Shown: positions 30,001 through 37,720 of the stretch, piece by piece
Layout: each line of letters opens with the position of its first letter
How positions within the stretch are numbered: the stretch's first letter is position 1
Virus record (IMG/VR): IMGVR_UViG_3300030099_006533
Length of the DNA stretch: 64,000 bases
Source of the DNA: a virus
Direction: 5' to 3' (one strand)
Translations under genes and position numbers: made by a program
Notes under the pieces: generated by a model
Seen by the model: the letters and a program-made list of their open reading frames with translations, nothing else
Databases searched by the model: none
What the model was told of the DNA's origin: nothing

Positions 30001-30169
30001 CACTGCCTTAGATGAAGACAATATGGAAGGCTTTATTCGCATTTTGGAACTAATTAAGGTGTACTTCAAGAATGTCTTGTTGATTTCGCATCTCGATTCT
30101 CTTAAGGATTGTGTAGACATGCAAATCGTTATAGACAAGAACAACGGGTACGCCAAAATTAACCAGTAA
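27017..30169 (+). CDS. Fused Mre11/SbcD nuclease - Rad50/SbcC ATPase (T4 gp47-gp46-like recombination nuclease)
   Basis: Phosphoesterase motifs HIADTH, HCGDIAH, LGNHD, LGDIH. Walker A GKNYSGKSS, long coiled coil, signature MASGAE, Walker B LDEPGTALD, H-loop LISH. Confidence 0.92.
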   Translation: MKIAHIADTHIKNLKYHYEYRVVFEQLYETLRNEKVDYIVHCGDIAHTKTQISPEFVELCTDFFRNLAAIAPTYIILGNHDGNLKNSSRQDALTPIADALNCNRLHLLKNSGETVVSDSLTLNVLSVFDQDNWVKPSDDSKINVALYHGAISGVSTDIGWVMDHGEHDVGIFEHHDFAMLGDIHKTNQVLDHEGRVRYCGSTVQQNHGETNDKGFLIWDIRSKDDFTVKHHVLLNPKPFITIELTPKGRMPKGTSVPDGARLRLVSNNNLPLSKMKKAVDIAKHRFSPESITFLNRAAGERGNVEDLANELKTEDLRDPAIQKKLIAEYLKDYEVDEIMMERVQNLNAHYNRVVEESEEVGRNINWKLRRVEWDNLFNYGSDNAIDFDKVNGIIGIFGKNYSGKSSVVDSILYTMFNTTSKNERKNLNIINQNKNDCRGKLELSVGERKYSIERTSQKYIKRLKGEETLEAKTDLNFEVACEATGEIESLNGLSRMETDRNIRKHFGTLEDFLISAMSSQHGALSFIDEGSTRRKEIIAKFLDLEVFEKKFKLAKEDASDTRGALRRLDGRDYDQEITEAQEDLEANVQEMETQKSLCAVLKSDIEKLTNDIAEVSLKIDSIPAEIIDVVKVKSELAVARNKKIAVVDTNKENREKRKQNEEMYEKINNFLETFDLEDLEKKSGEIDALAGQISEAQALHSNEVAELERHRRKSALLEGIPCGTSFPSCKFIKDAHVAQTRIPISETQIAEINESLAALQTELEAYEPHRVQEHLLKHKKVLERKVLVSNTIADLNLEIEKNKLASEKLHHEIKRLTAQLDEYDQNKEAIENLEELTSTQKSLTLNLTSKNNQLDACEEQILELVKTNGSLEQKVVAIREDKKERLDLQEEFAAYDLFMRCMHSNGIAYDIIKKKLPVINQEIAKVLTNITNFEVFFEDNGKKFDIFIKHPKHDARPIEMASGAEKTMGAMAIRLAMLSVSSLPKGDLFVLDEPGTALDEDNMEGFIRILELIKVYFKNVLLISHLDSLKDCVDMQIVIDKNNGYAKINQ

Positions 30170-30184
30170 ATGGTGGAGGTGAAC

Positions 30185-30379
30185 ATGATGGCAGCAGCAA
30201 AAGCAAAGTTAGATAGACTAGTAGAGAAGATGATTTCTCGTAAATTTATGGTATGGCTAACAGCTACAGGGCTAATGGTGTTTGCAGGACTAGAGTCCTC
30301 AGACTGGGTTATTATTTCAGGTATTTATATCGGCGGCCAGACCGTCATCGATGGAATCGCAAAGCTTAAAGGTGTATAG
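30185..30379 (+). CDS. Holin-like small two-TM membrane protein
   Basis: GGAGGTGA SD at 30175-30182 favours ATG 30185/30188 over the track start 30170. Basic N-terminus, SRKF, then two hydrophobic segments. Confidence 0.55.
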   Translation: MMAAAKAKLDRLVEKMISRKFMVWLTATGLMVFAGLESSDWVIISGIYIGGQTVIDGIAKLKGV

Positions 30380-30774
30380 TGAATTTTATTACAGTGAAAA
30401 AGGCAGCATTACAGTTTTTTCTAAAACACTGGAAAGAGATTCTACTGGTTATGCTATCAGCGGTAATCTTCTTTAAAATGCAAAGTGACATGAACGAGCT
30501 TCAAAAAGCTTATGAGACAGCTAAACAAAGTTACGAGCAACAAATCGAAGGCCTGCAGGACATTCATGAAGAAGAACTTCGTGCACGCCAAGAGGCACTG
30601 GAAAAGTATGAACAAGAGCTTGAGAGGATTCAAGAAGAGTATGCACAAGATCTAGAACAGATCGAGCGTGATGCCCGTCGAAACCAGCAAGAACTTGAGG
30701 ACAACCACACGGAGGCCCCGCAAGAAGTTATTGATGAGATCATAAATCAATTTGGGTTTGAATATGTTGAGTAA
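30379..30774 (+). CDS. N-terminally membrane-anchored coiled-coil protein (i-spanin/Rz-like)
   Basis: WKEILLVMLSAVIFFK hydrophobic segment followed by a heptad-rich E/Q/K helix. Follows the holin-like gene. Confidence 0.5.
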   Translation: MNFITVKKAALQFFLKHWKEILLVMLSAVIFFKMQSDMNELQKAYETAKQSYEQQIEGLQDIHEEELRARQEALEKYEQELERIQEEYAQDLEQIERDARRNQQELEDNHTEAPQEVIDEIINQFGFEYVE

Positions 30775-31234
30775 GATTGCGCAAACATTAAGTCTAGTTT
30801 TAGTTTTGTGTGGCACAGCACAGGCAGAAGAGTCTGACACAAATACAGCATTTCCAACAGGCCAGTTTACAATCTTGGATGTAAACCAGCGTGCTCCTTT
30901 CCGCGGCACGTTATTCGATCCAGCAGCCACAGCACACATCCTAACAATTCAACCCCGACTCAGGGCAGAGTTTCAGATCGAGCTTGATTATCAGTTATCG
31001 GAACTTACAGCACAGCACCAGCTAGAGCTTGACAATCTTGATGCTCGATACAGCGCTCTTGACGAAGAGTACAGATTAAGAATCGAAGCAAAAGACATGG
31101 AGATTGCACAACTAAACGCTTCATTGTCTAAGTTAAGCCGCAACGACCGCCATTGGTTTGTTATTGGTGGCTTTGCGATTGGTGTCGGCGTAACTGCCGG
31201 TATTGTCGCAGCAATTAACAGCGCGAGTAATTAA
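30752..31234 (+). CDS. Exported protein with signal peptide, coiled coil and C-terminal TM (spanin-like)
   Basis: MLSKIAQTLSLVLVLCGTAQA|EE signal (start may be 30764). C-terminal WFVIGGFAIGVGVTAGIVAAI. Confidence 0.5.
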   Translation: MGLNMLSKIAQTLSLVLVLCGTAQAEESDTNTAFPTGQFTILDVNQRAPFRGTLFDPAATAHILTIQPRLRAEFQIELDYQLSELTAQHQLELDNLDARYSALDEEYRLRIEAKDMEIAQLNASLSKLSRNDRHWFVIGGFAIGVGVTAGIVAAINSASN

Positions 31235-31623
31235 TGAGTGATAAAGACTGGGACAAGCTAGCGGCCTTTGAAAAGGCGATTCGCCAGAAGTATGGTGAAG
31301 AAGCTATTCAAAATCCAAAGGCTAATTGGAACGAAGAAAAAGAAAAAGAATACATTCGTCAACAGAAAGAATTGTACTCTAAAGAACTGCAGCAGTCTAA
31401 AGTTTCAGAAAAAGTAGATGTTGGCGGTTTTTTAGTTTCACAAAAACTACTTAATAAAGATTCAAAGACCCCATGCCCGGTTTGTAGCAAGATATTTTTT
31501 AAATCTACAGACGATGTTTGTATGACAAAATACGAATGCTGCTTTGACTGCTATGTCAAGTGGGTAGAAGGTCGAGAAGAAAGATGGCTAGAAGGATGGA
31601 GACCAGATGAAACTACTGATTGA
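31234..31623 (+). CDS. Hypothetical zinc-finger protein
   Basis: CPVC-x18-CFDC cluster at the C-terminus; charged N-terminal helices. Confidence 0.65.
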   Translation: MSDKDWDKLAAFEKAIRQKYGEEAIQNPKANWNEEKEKEYIRQQKELYSKELQQSKVSEKVDVGGFLVSQKLLNKDSKTPCPVCSKIFFKSTDDVCMTKYECCFDCYVKWVEGREERWLEGWRPDETTD

Positions 31624-31656
31624 CTTGAACAAAAAATTTAGAGGAGCGCATGAGCT

Positions 31657-31908
31657 ATGAAATTGATAATGGAAAACTGGAAGAGATTTATGAAGGAAGG
31701 CGTGTCCGACGATATCGCAGCTGTAATAAAATACGCTGTTCAAAAAGGATTGAGTCGCGACACAGGAGATGAGGAAGCAAAACAAATCTTTGACGATATA
31801 GTACGCGACGGCTTTTATAACGTAGAGGATGTTGAAGCTGCCCATAAAGACTGGAAGCGTTATGATCTTGGCGAAGTAGATCCCGACGAGTACGAGCGAG
31901 CTTTATAA
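31657..31908 (+). CDS. Small acidic protein with 'ENW..F..E' leader
   Basis: MKLIMENWKRFMKE. GAGGAG SD upstream. Confidence 0.65.
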   Translation: MKLIMENWKRFMKEGVSDDIAAVIKYAVQKGLSRDTGDEEAKQIFDDIVRDGFYNVEDVEAAHKDWKRYDLGEVDPDEYERAL

Positions 31909-31909
31909 A

Positions 31910-32170
31910 ATGAAAATCACAATCGCTGAACTTAAAAAGATTATTGAACAGGAAATCGATGGTCTTTTCGATGATTCGCAAGAAACTCTTTCTGGAGAAG
32001 AAGAAAACAGTACTGCGGACATTGACACAGCCCAAGATGCTGCAGCTAACTTAGCTGATGATCTTTTGAAAGATATAGCTGATATTGCCACGGACACACA
32101 ACTACAGCCCGACACTGTTTTAGACTTGGTAAAGAAGAACTTAAACGACAAATCTGAAGCCGCCGGATAA
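31910..32170 (+). CDS. Small acidic protein, possible prohead core/internal protein
   Basis: MKITIAELKKIIEQEI amphipathic leader followed by an acidic helical body. Confidence 0.6.
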   Translation: MKITIAELKKIIEQEIDGLFDDSQETLSGEEENSTADIDTAQDAAANLADDLLKDIADIATDTQLQPDTVLDLVKKNLNDKSEAAG

Positions 32171-32194
32171 GATTTGCCATTAACCAAAAATTGC

Positions 32195-32202
32195 ACTATT
32201 TA
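32195..32202 (+). promoter_or_regulatory. Late-promoter-like motif ACTATTTA
   Basis: Exact copy in the gap upstream of 32222 and the terminase-portal unit. Confidence 0.65.
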
Positions 32203-32221
32203 ATAGAAGGAAACAAACACA

Positions 32222-32752
32222 ATGGCTACAACACTAGAAATTATTCAAGGAATCCAGCAGGCAGCAGCTAATGCCTATGATGGTGCCCTCGATGAAAATG
32301 GCGAGCCCGTTAAGGCCGGCCTTAAGCGCGAAGAAGGGAATCCTCTTATTGACAAGCGCGTCATGGACGGGTTCAACGTGTCTTTCTACGGCAACAGACT
32401 ATGCCTATCTTACCACTCAGAGATTCGACTTAAAGAAGTTTACGGTGGTAACTTTGAGGCAGACACTGAGCAGATGATTGAAGACATTGCTAGCTTCCTT
32501 AAGAAAGAATACAAAAAGGTAACAGGCAACAGTTTGTCACTCAAGGCTGTGGGCGAAGTCGATGTACTAGTGCAGAACACGTCAAAAGTCCGCACATGGG
32601 TCCAAGCCAAGAAGCATTATGAAATTGGTTCTCTTAACGAAGTTGAGAACGTACAAATGGAAGATGAGCCCGAGCGCAAGATCGATCCTGATTTTGAAAA
32701 GTTTGTTGCTCTTGGTGGCCTCGGCAAAAAAGCAAAAAACGATAAGCGATAG
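32222..32752 (+). CDS. Hypothetical protein upstream of terminase
   Basis: 176-aa ORF with an AAGGA SD, in the position often occupied by packaging or head-completion genes. No motif recognised. Confidence 0.6.
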   Translation: MATTLEIIQGIQQAAANAYDGALDENGEPVKAGLKREEGNPLIDKRVMDGFNVSFYGNRLCLSYHSEIRLKEVYGGNFEADTEQMIEDIASFLKKEYKKVTGNSLSLKAVGEVDVLVQNTSKVRTWVQAKKHYEIGSLNEVENVQMEDEPERKIDPDFEKFVALGGLGKKAKNDKR

Positions 32753-32766
32753 CCTAATGGCGCAGT

Positions 32767-34350
32767 ATGGCTACTCTGTCTAAACAACAGCAAATTAAAG
32801 AAATTGTAAAATGCGGTAAAGATCCTAGCTATTTTCTTAAGAACTACGCTAAGATCTCTCATCCCCTACATGGACTAATTCCTTTTAAGACTTATGAATT
32901 CCAAGACAATCTTCTGGATGATTTTAACGATTATCGTTTTAATGTTATTCTAAAAGCTCGACAGCTGGGTATTTCTACAATTACAGCCGGGTACGTTGTG
33001 TGGCTGATGATGTTTCACCGAGACAAAAATGTCTTGGTCATGGCCACAAAGTTTGGTACAGCAGCAAACTTGGTAAAGAAGGTCAAAGCAATTGTAGAAC
33101 ACCTTCCGCCATGGATCAAGATCGCAGACATTAAAATTGATAACCGTACATCTTTTGAACTTAACAACGGATCGCAAATCAAGGCCTCTTCGACCTCCTT
33201 TGATGCTGGTCGTTCAGAGGCCTTGTCTCTTTTGGTGATTGACGAGGCCGCACACGTCGAGGGCCTAGAAGAGTTATGGACCGGTCTATATCCTACTCTA
33301 TCAACTGGTGGTCGCTGTATTGCCCTATCAACTCCTAATGGTGTTGGTAACTGGTTTCATCAGACATACATTGATGCAGATGAGCAAAGAAACGATTTTA
33401 ACCCTGTATGCTTGCCGTGGGATGTGCACCCTGATCGTGATCAGCAGTGGTTTGAAAAAGAGACAAGAAACATGTCTCGGCGCCAGATTGCTCAGGAGCT
33501 TGAATGTAACTTCAATACTTCAGGAGATAGTGTAGTCCACCCAGATGACCTCACACGAATGGTACAACAGACATGCGAGCCCAAATACACAACAGGTTTT
33601 GACAGGAACTACTGGATTTGGCAAGACTATGATCCTTCTGCTTCTTACTTACTTGTTGCGGATGTTGCCCGCGGCGACGGAGCCGATAGCTCTGCTTTTC
33701 ACGTTATTAAGCTAGAGACCATGGAAGTCATCGCAGAATATAAAGGAAAACCTACAATTGATGCGTATTCTAAGATATTATATGATGTCGGCATGGAATA
33801 TGGAGAGTGCTTGTTGGTTGTCGAAAACGCGTCAGTCGGATGGTCAGTTTTAGAAAAACTTAATGAACTTGGTTACCCAAACTTATATCATTCTATTAAG
33901 TCTACACACGAATTCGTAGAACAATATCAGGCAGAAGTAATGAGTAATGCCGTAGCTGGTTTTACCACTTCTTCAAAAACTAGACCATTAGTTATTGCAA
34001 AATTAGAAGAGTTCATCAGAAACAAACTAATTACTGTATATTCCAGTCGCACTGTGGAGGAACTAAAAACTTTTATTTGGTATAATGGCCGGCCCCAAGC
34101 CATGCGCGGATACGCAGATGACTTGGTTATGTCTTTGGCAATTGCATGTTGGGTAAGAGATACTGCCTTAACAGTGAACCAAAGAGAGATTCAGTATCAA
34201 AAAGCAATGATGTCAGCAATCACAACATCAAATCGCAAGATGAATACAGCAATCGCTGGCATGCAGGGTTATGAACAAACAAAAGGAAATGCAGTTTCAG
34301 AAGAGCAGAAAAAACAAATAAAAGAATTTTTGTGGGTATATAAAGGTTAA
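32767..34350 (+). CDS. terL: Terminase large subunit (T4 gp17-like)
   Basis: KARQLGIST (Walker A), LLVIDEAAH (Walker B), nuclease VADVARGDGADSS and DDLVMSLAI. Confidence 0.95.
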   Translation: MATLSKQQQIKEIVKCGKDPSYFLKNYAKISHPLHGLIPFKTYEFQDNLLDDFNDYRFNVILKARQLGISTITAGYVVWLMMFHRDKNVLVMATKFGTAANLVKKVKAIVEHLPPWIKIADIKIDNRTSFELNNGSQIKASSTSFDAGRSEALSLLVIDEAAHVEGLEELWTGLYPTLSTGGRCIALSTPNGVGNWFHQTYIDADEQRNDFNPVCLPWDVHPDRDQQWFEKETRNMSRRQIAQELECNFNTSGDSVVHPDDLTRMVQQTCEPKYTTGFDRNYWIWQDYDPSASYLLVADVARGDGADSSAFHVIKLETMEVIAEYKGKPTIDAYSKILYDVGMEYGECLLVVENASVGWSVLEKLNELGYPNLYHSIKSTHEFVEQYQAEVMSNAVAGFTTSSKTRPLVIAKLEEFIRNKLITVYSSRTVEELKTFIWYNGRPQAMRGYADDLVMSLAIACWVRDTALTVNQREIQYQKAMMSAITTSNRKMNTAIAGMQGYEQTKGNAVSEEQKKQIKEFLWVYKG

Positions 34351-34352
34351 TT

Positions 34353-36344
34353 ATGGCAGATAATACAAAGAATCCAAGAAACAGCCAGTCAACGCTGTTC
34401 CAACGTCTAACCAGATTATTTTCTGGTCCAATCGTAAATTACAGATCACAGTCAGGCCGCCGAATCAGGCGCCAGCATCTTGATAAATACGCTACAAGGT
34501 TTAAGTCAGCTAGTGGTCAACAGTTCAAGAAGAGTACTTATAATCCTCTTGAAAGAATTTCACATGAAGCAATTGCTAACCAACGCAGAGCAGAAAGGTA
34601 TGTCGACTTTGATCAAATGGAGTACATGCCCGAATTGGCTTCTGCACTAGACATTTACGCAGATGAGATGACGACATCATCAGACTTATCGCCTATGATT
34701 CGTATCAACTGCCCTAACGAGGAAATCAAGGCATCGCTAACCACGCTATACACAAATATTCTGAATCTTGACGCCAACCTGTTCGGCTGGTGTCGCACAA
34801 TGTGCAAGTATGGTGACTTCTTTTTATACATTGATTTGGACGAGACTATTGGTATTCGTACCGTCATGCCTTTGCCTCCACAAGAAGTGGATAGGCTAGA
34901 AGGCGAAGACGCCACGAACCCCAACTACCTGCAGTTCCAGTGGAACTCTGCTGGCATGACTTTCGAAAATTGGCAGATTGCCCACTTTCGTGTTTTGGGA
35001 CACGACAAATATGCACCATATGGCACCTCAATCCTTGAGCCAGCCCGCCGCATTTGGCGCCAGCTGACTCTTATTGAAGATGCGATGATGGCCTATCGAG
35101 TTATCCGCTCCCCTGAACGCCGTGTTTTTTATATTGATGTTGGACAGGTTTCTCCACCAGATGTTGAACAGTACATGCAGAAAATCATCACACAGATGAA
35201 GAGGCATCAGGTGCTTGACAGCAGTACAGGCCGTGTAGACCTTCGCTACAACCCGATGTCAGTAGAGGAGGACTACTACATTCCAGTCCGCGGCGGCACC
35301 AGCAGCACAAGAATCGAAAACCTCCAAGGCGGCCAACACGCAACCGCAATCGATGACGTTAAGTATTTACGAGATAAGCTCTTTTCCGCGCTAAAAATTC
35401 CTCAATCATATCTTACAATGGGTGACGGGGCAGAAGAAGACAAAACAACGCTCGCCCAGAAAGATATTCGCTTTGCAAGAACCATTCAGCGTTTACAGAG
35501 AGTTGTTATTGCGGAGTTAGAAAAGCTTGGAATTGTGCACCTATACACCCTTGGGTTCCGCGGAGACGATTTGCTTAGCTTCAAACTTGTGCTCAACAAC
35601 CCTTCTCGTATTGCAGAATTACAAGAGCTTGAGCATTGGAGAACTAAGTTTGACGTTGCCGGCGCAGCAACCGAAGGGTTTTTCTCACGCCGTTGGGTAG
35701 CACAAAACCTATTCTCAATGTCAGAAGAGGAATTCTTAAGAAATCAGCGCGAAATCTTCTACGACCGCAAATACGATGCAAGCCTGCAGGCTGTGGCAGA
35801 ATCTGCAGCCCAAGAAGCTGCTGGCCTAGGAGGCGGTGCTCCTCCACTAGGGGGAGATGTTAAGCCTCCTGGCGGTGATGATCCTGCCGGCCTTGACACA
35901 CCCGAGAAGGAGATGCCACCTGATGCATCGGCTGAGCCAGGAACTTCACCCCCTGCTGGAGATGCCCCTGCAGCGCCGCCAGAGCCAGCCCCTGGGGACT
36001 TACTTGCAGCACCTCCCGGCAGCCGCCCTACGCCACGCCTGACCCCTGGAGCTAAAGGTAAGAAGTATTACCCCGTTCAGTCAGACAAACGAGACATGGG
36101 TGCTAGACAAAGATCATATAATAGGATTGCAACACCCGAGATTGGAACAGATAGGCGTACCAATATGGGCCTTGCACCACTTCGTTCTTTATCAAAGGGC
36201 GTATTTACTGAAGATGCCCCTAATTATAGTAGCCAAGAAATTCTACAAGAAAACAGAATTTTTGAAATTAACAACGAAGTAAGGGTTTTGCTAGCAAATT
36301 TAGAAAAGACTGCGGAGACTAATAATGAAGATGAAACACAATAA
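34353..36344 (+). CDS. Portal protein (T4 gp20-like) with Pro/Gly-rich C-terminal extension
   Basis: YRVIRSPERRVFYIDVG, EDYYIPVRGG and DDVKYLRDKLFSALKIP are gp20-family motifs. Follows terL. Confidence 0.93.
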   Translation: MADNTKNPRNSQSTLFQRLTRLFSGPIVNYRSQSGRRIRRQHLDKYATRFKSASGQQFKKSTYNPLERISHEAIANQRRAERYVDFDQMEYMPELASALDIYADEMTTSSDLSPMIRINCPNEEIKASLTTLYTNILNLDANLFGWCRTMCKYGDFFLYIDLDETIGIRTVMPLPPQEVDRLEGEDATNPNYLQFQWNSAGMTFENWQIAHFRVLGHDKYAPYGTSILEPARRIWRQLTLIEDAMMAYRVIRSPERRVFYIDVGQVSPPDVEQYMQKIITQMKRHQVLDSSTGRVDLRYNPMSVEEDYYIPVRGGTSSTRIENLQGGQHATAIDDVKYLRDKLFSALKIPQSYLTMGDGAEEDKTTLAQKDIRFARTIQRLQRVVIAELEKLGIVHLYTLGFRGDDLLSFKLVLNNPSRIAELQELEHWRTKFDVAGAATEGFFSRRWVAQNLFSMSEEEFLRNQREIFYDRKYDASLQAVAESAAQEAAGLGGGAPPLGGDVKPPGGDDPAGLDTPEKEMPPDASAEPGTSPPAGDAPAAPPEPAPGDLLAAPPGSRPTPRLTPGAKGKKYYPVQSDKRDMGARQRSYNRIATPEIGTDRRTNMGLAPLRSLSKGVFTEDAPNYSSQEILQENRIFEINNEVRVLLANLEKTAETNNEDETQ

Positions 36345-37146
36345 AAAGCGCAATACAGCGATTTTGTTTGAAATCCTAACACAGCAATACACAAAAGCTG
36401 TTGTCGAAAACGATGCACAAAAAAAGGCCGCAGTAGTTAAAGCTTTGCGACAAAATTTTGCAACAGACAAAGTACTAGGTCAAGAGCTAGAGCTTTACAA
36501 GGCCCTATACGAAACCCGCGGCTTAACGAAAGAACTATCAGAACGATTGCTTCAGGAGGTAACAAGAGCATATTCTACCCTTAATCATGAAGAGGTGTAC
36601 GATGCTCAAACTGAAGTAATTAAGCAGATCAACAAAGAGATTGGTCAAGATAGTTTTAAGACTTTTATTCCAAACTATAAAAGCTTGGCGTCAATTGCGC
36701 AGCTTTTTGATCCAAATGTTAAACTAAAAAGTAAAGTTCTGCTCGAACAGAAAATTGTTGATTATATGTCTTCCGAGGAAGAGAAGTCTGCGGAAGATCT
36801 TCAGCCTATTGACAACTTGGTATACAAAAAGTTTGTAGAAAGGTTCAATGAAAAGTATTCAGAACATCTATTAGAAGAGCAGAAGCAGCTTATAAGCTTT
36901 TACATCTCGTCATTCGCGGATAATGGCGTTCAACTTAAGGTTTATTTAAATGAAGAGATCGAGCGTCTCAAAGTTGGCATGAATTCTGCTTTGTCCGCCC
37001 CTGAGTTGCAAGAAGACTCTAGCATGATGGAAAAAGCCAAAAAGGTGTGTAGCCTCTTGGAAAACACAAGCAAGACCGCGGTCGACAAAGACTTCATCCA
37101 GAACATCGCAAAGATTCAAGGCCTCGTTAAGGAGCTTAGCGACTAA
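36325..37146 (+). CDS. Helical head-assembly-region protein
   Basis: MKHNKKRNTAILFEIL start, all-helical, directly downstream of the portal. Confidence 0.6.
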   Translation: MKMKHNKKRNTAILFEILTQQYTKAVVENDAQKKAAVVKALRQNFATDKVLGQELELYKALYETRGLTKELSERLLQEVTRAYSTLNHEEVYDAQTEVIKQINKEIGQDSFKTFIPNYKSLASIAQLFDPNVKLKSKVLLEQKIVDYMSSEEEKSAEDLQPIDNLVYKKFVERFNEKYSEHLLEEQKQLISFYISSFADNGVQLKVYLNEEIERLKVGMNSALSAPELQEDSSMMEKAKKVCSLLENTSKTAVDKDFIQNIAKIQGLVKELSD

Positions 37147-37709
37147 TGGGCATCAAGATCAAGATTGGAAAAGCCGCTAGGGAGGCCGACAACCAGCCAG
37201 AATCCAAATCTATTGAGCGAACTTTTGAGTTAAAAATTCGAAAGTCGCTTGATGGCAATTTGATGATCTTTGATCATGCCGATATTGATATCATCATTAT
37301 GCCCAAGCAAAACAAAGTTTTAACTTTGCCTAAAGAAACGATCACAGATGCCGCTTACGGTGCTCAAAACAGATTGTTTGCACACTTAAAAAGAAAAGGC
37401 GTAATTGATTTTGCAACGGTCCAGGGTGGAAACGTATATGGCTCACTTGAAGCTATCATGGCAGAGTCAGTAGATGGCCTAAACCCAGTCAAGATGGTTC
37501 TTCTAAACGTTGATGGGTTCATTGCAGAAGAAAGGCCTTATTTCGACTTTGTTAGGAGTTATACAGATCAGACAGGGGATATGTTTACAGATCCCGATGA
37601 TTTAAACTCAACAGATCTTGGTGATGTCCCACACCATGATACAAAGGGTTCGATTCGCCCAGGGTATGTACGAGACCCATATGGATTATCGCAGTTGTAC
37701 AAGATTTAG
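37146..37709 (+). CDS. Hypothetical protein (head-assembly region)
   Basis: TAATG coupling to the upstream gene; 187 aa; no motif recognised. Confidence 0.6.
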   Translation: MGIKIKIGKAAREADNQPESKSIERTFELKIRKSLDGNLMIFDHADIDIIIMPKQNKVLTLPKETITDAAYGAQNRLFAHLKRKGVIDFATVQGGNVYGSLEAIMAESVDGLNPVKMVLLNVDGFIAEERPYFDFVRSYTDQTGDMFTDPDDLNSTDLGDVPHHDTKGSIRPGYVRDPYGLSQLYKI

Positions 37710-37720
37710 GAATCATCAGC

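Noticed and set aside
32222-32752. Call as terminase small subunit
   Set aside because: Position fits, but no gp16/TerS motif was recognised; left as hypothetical.
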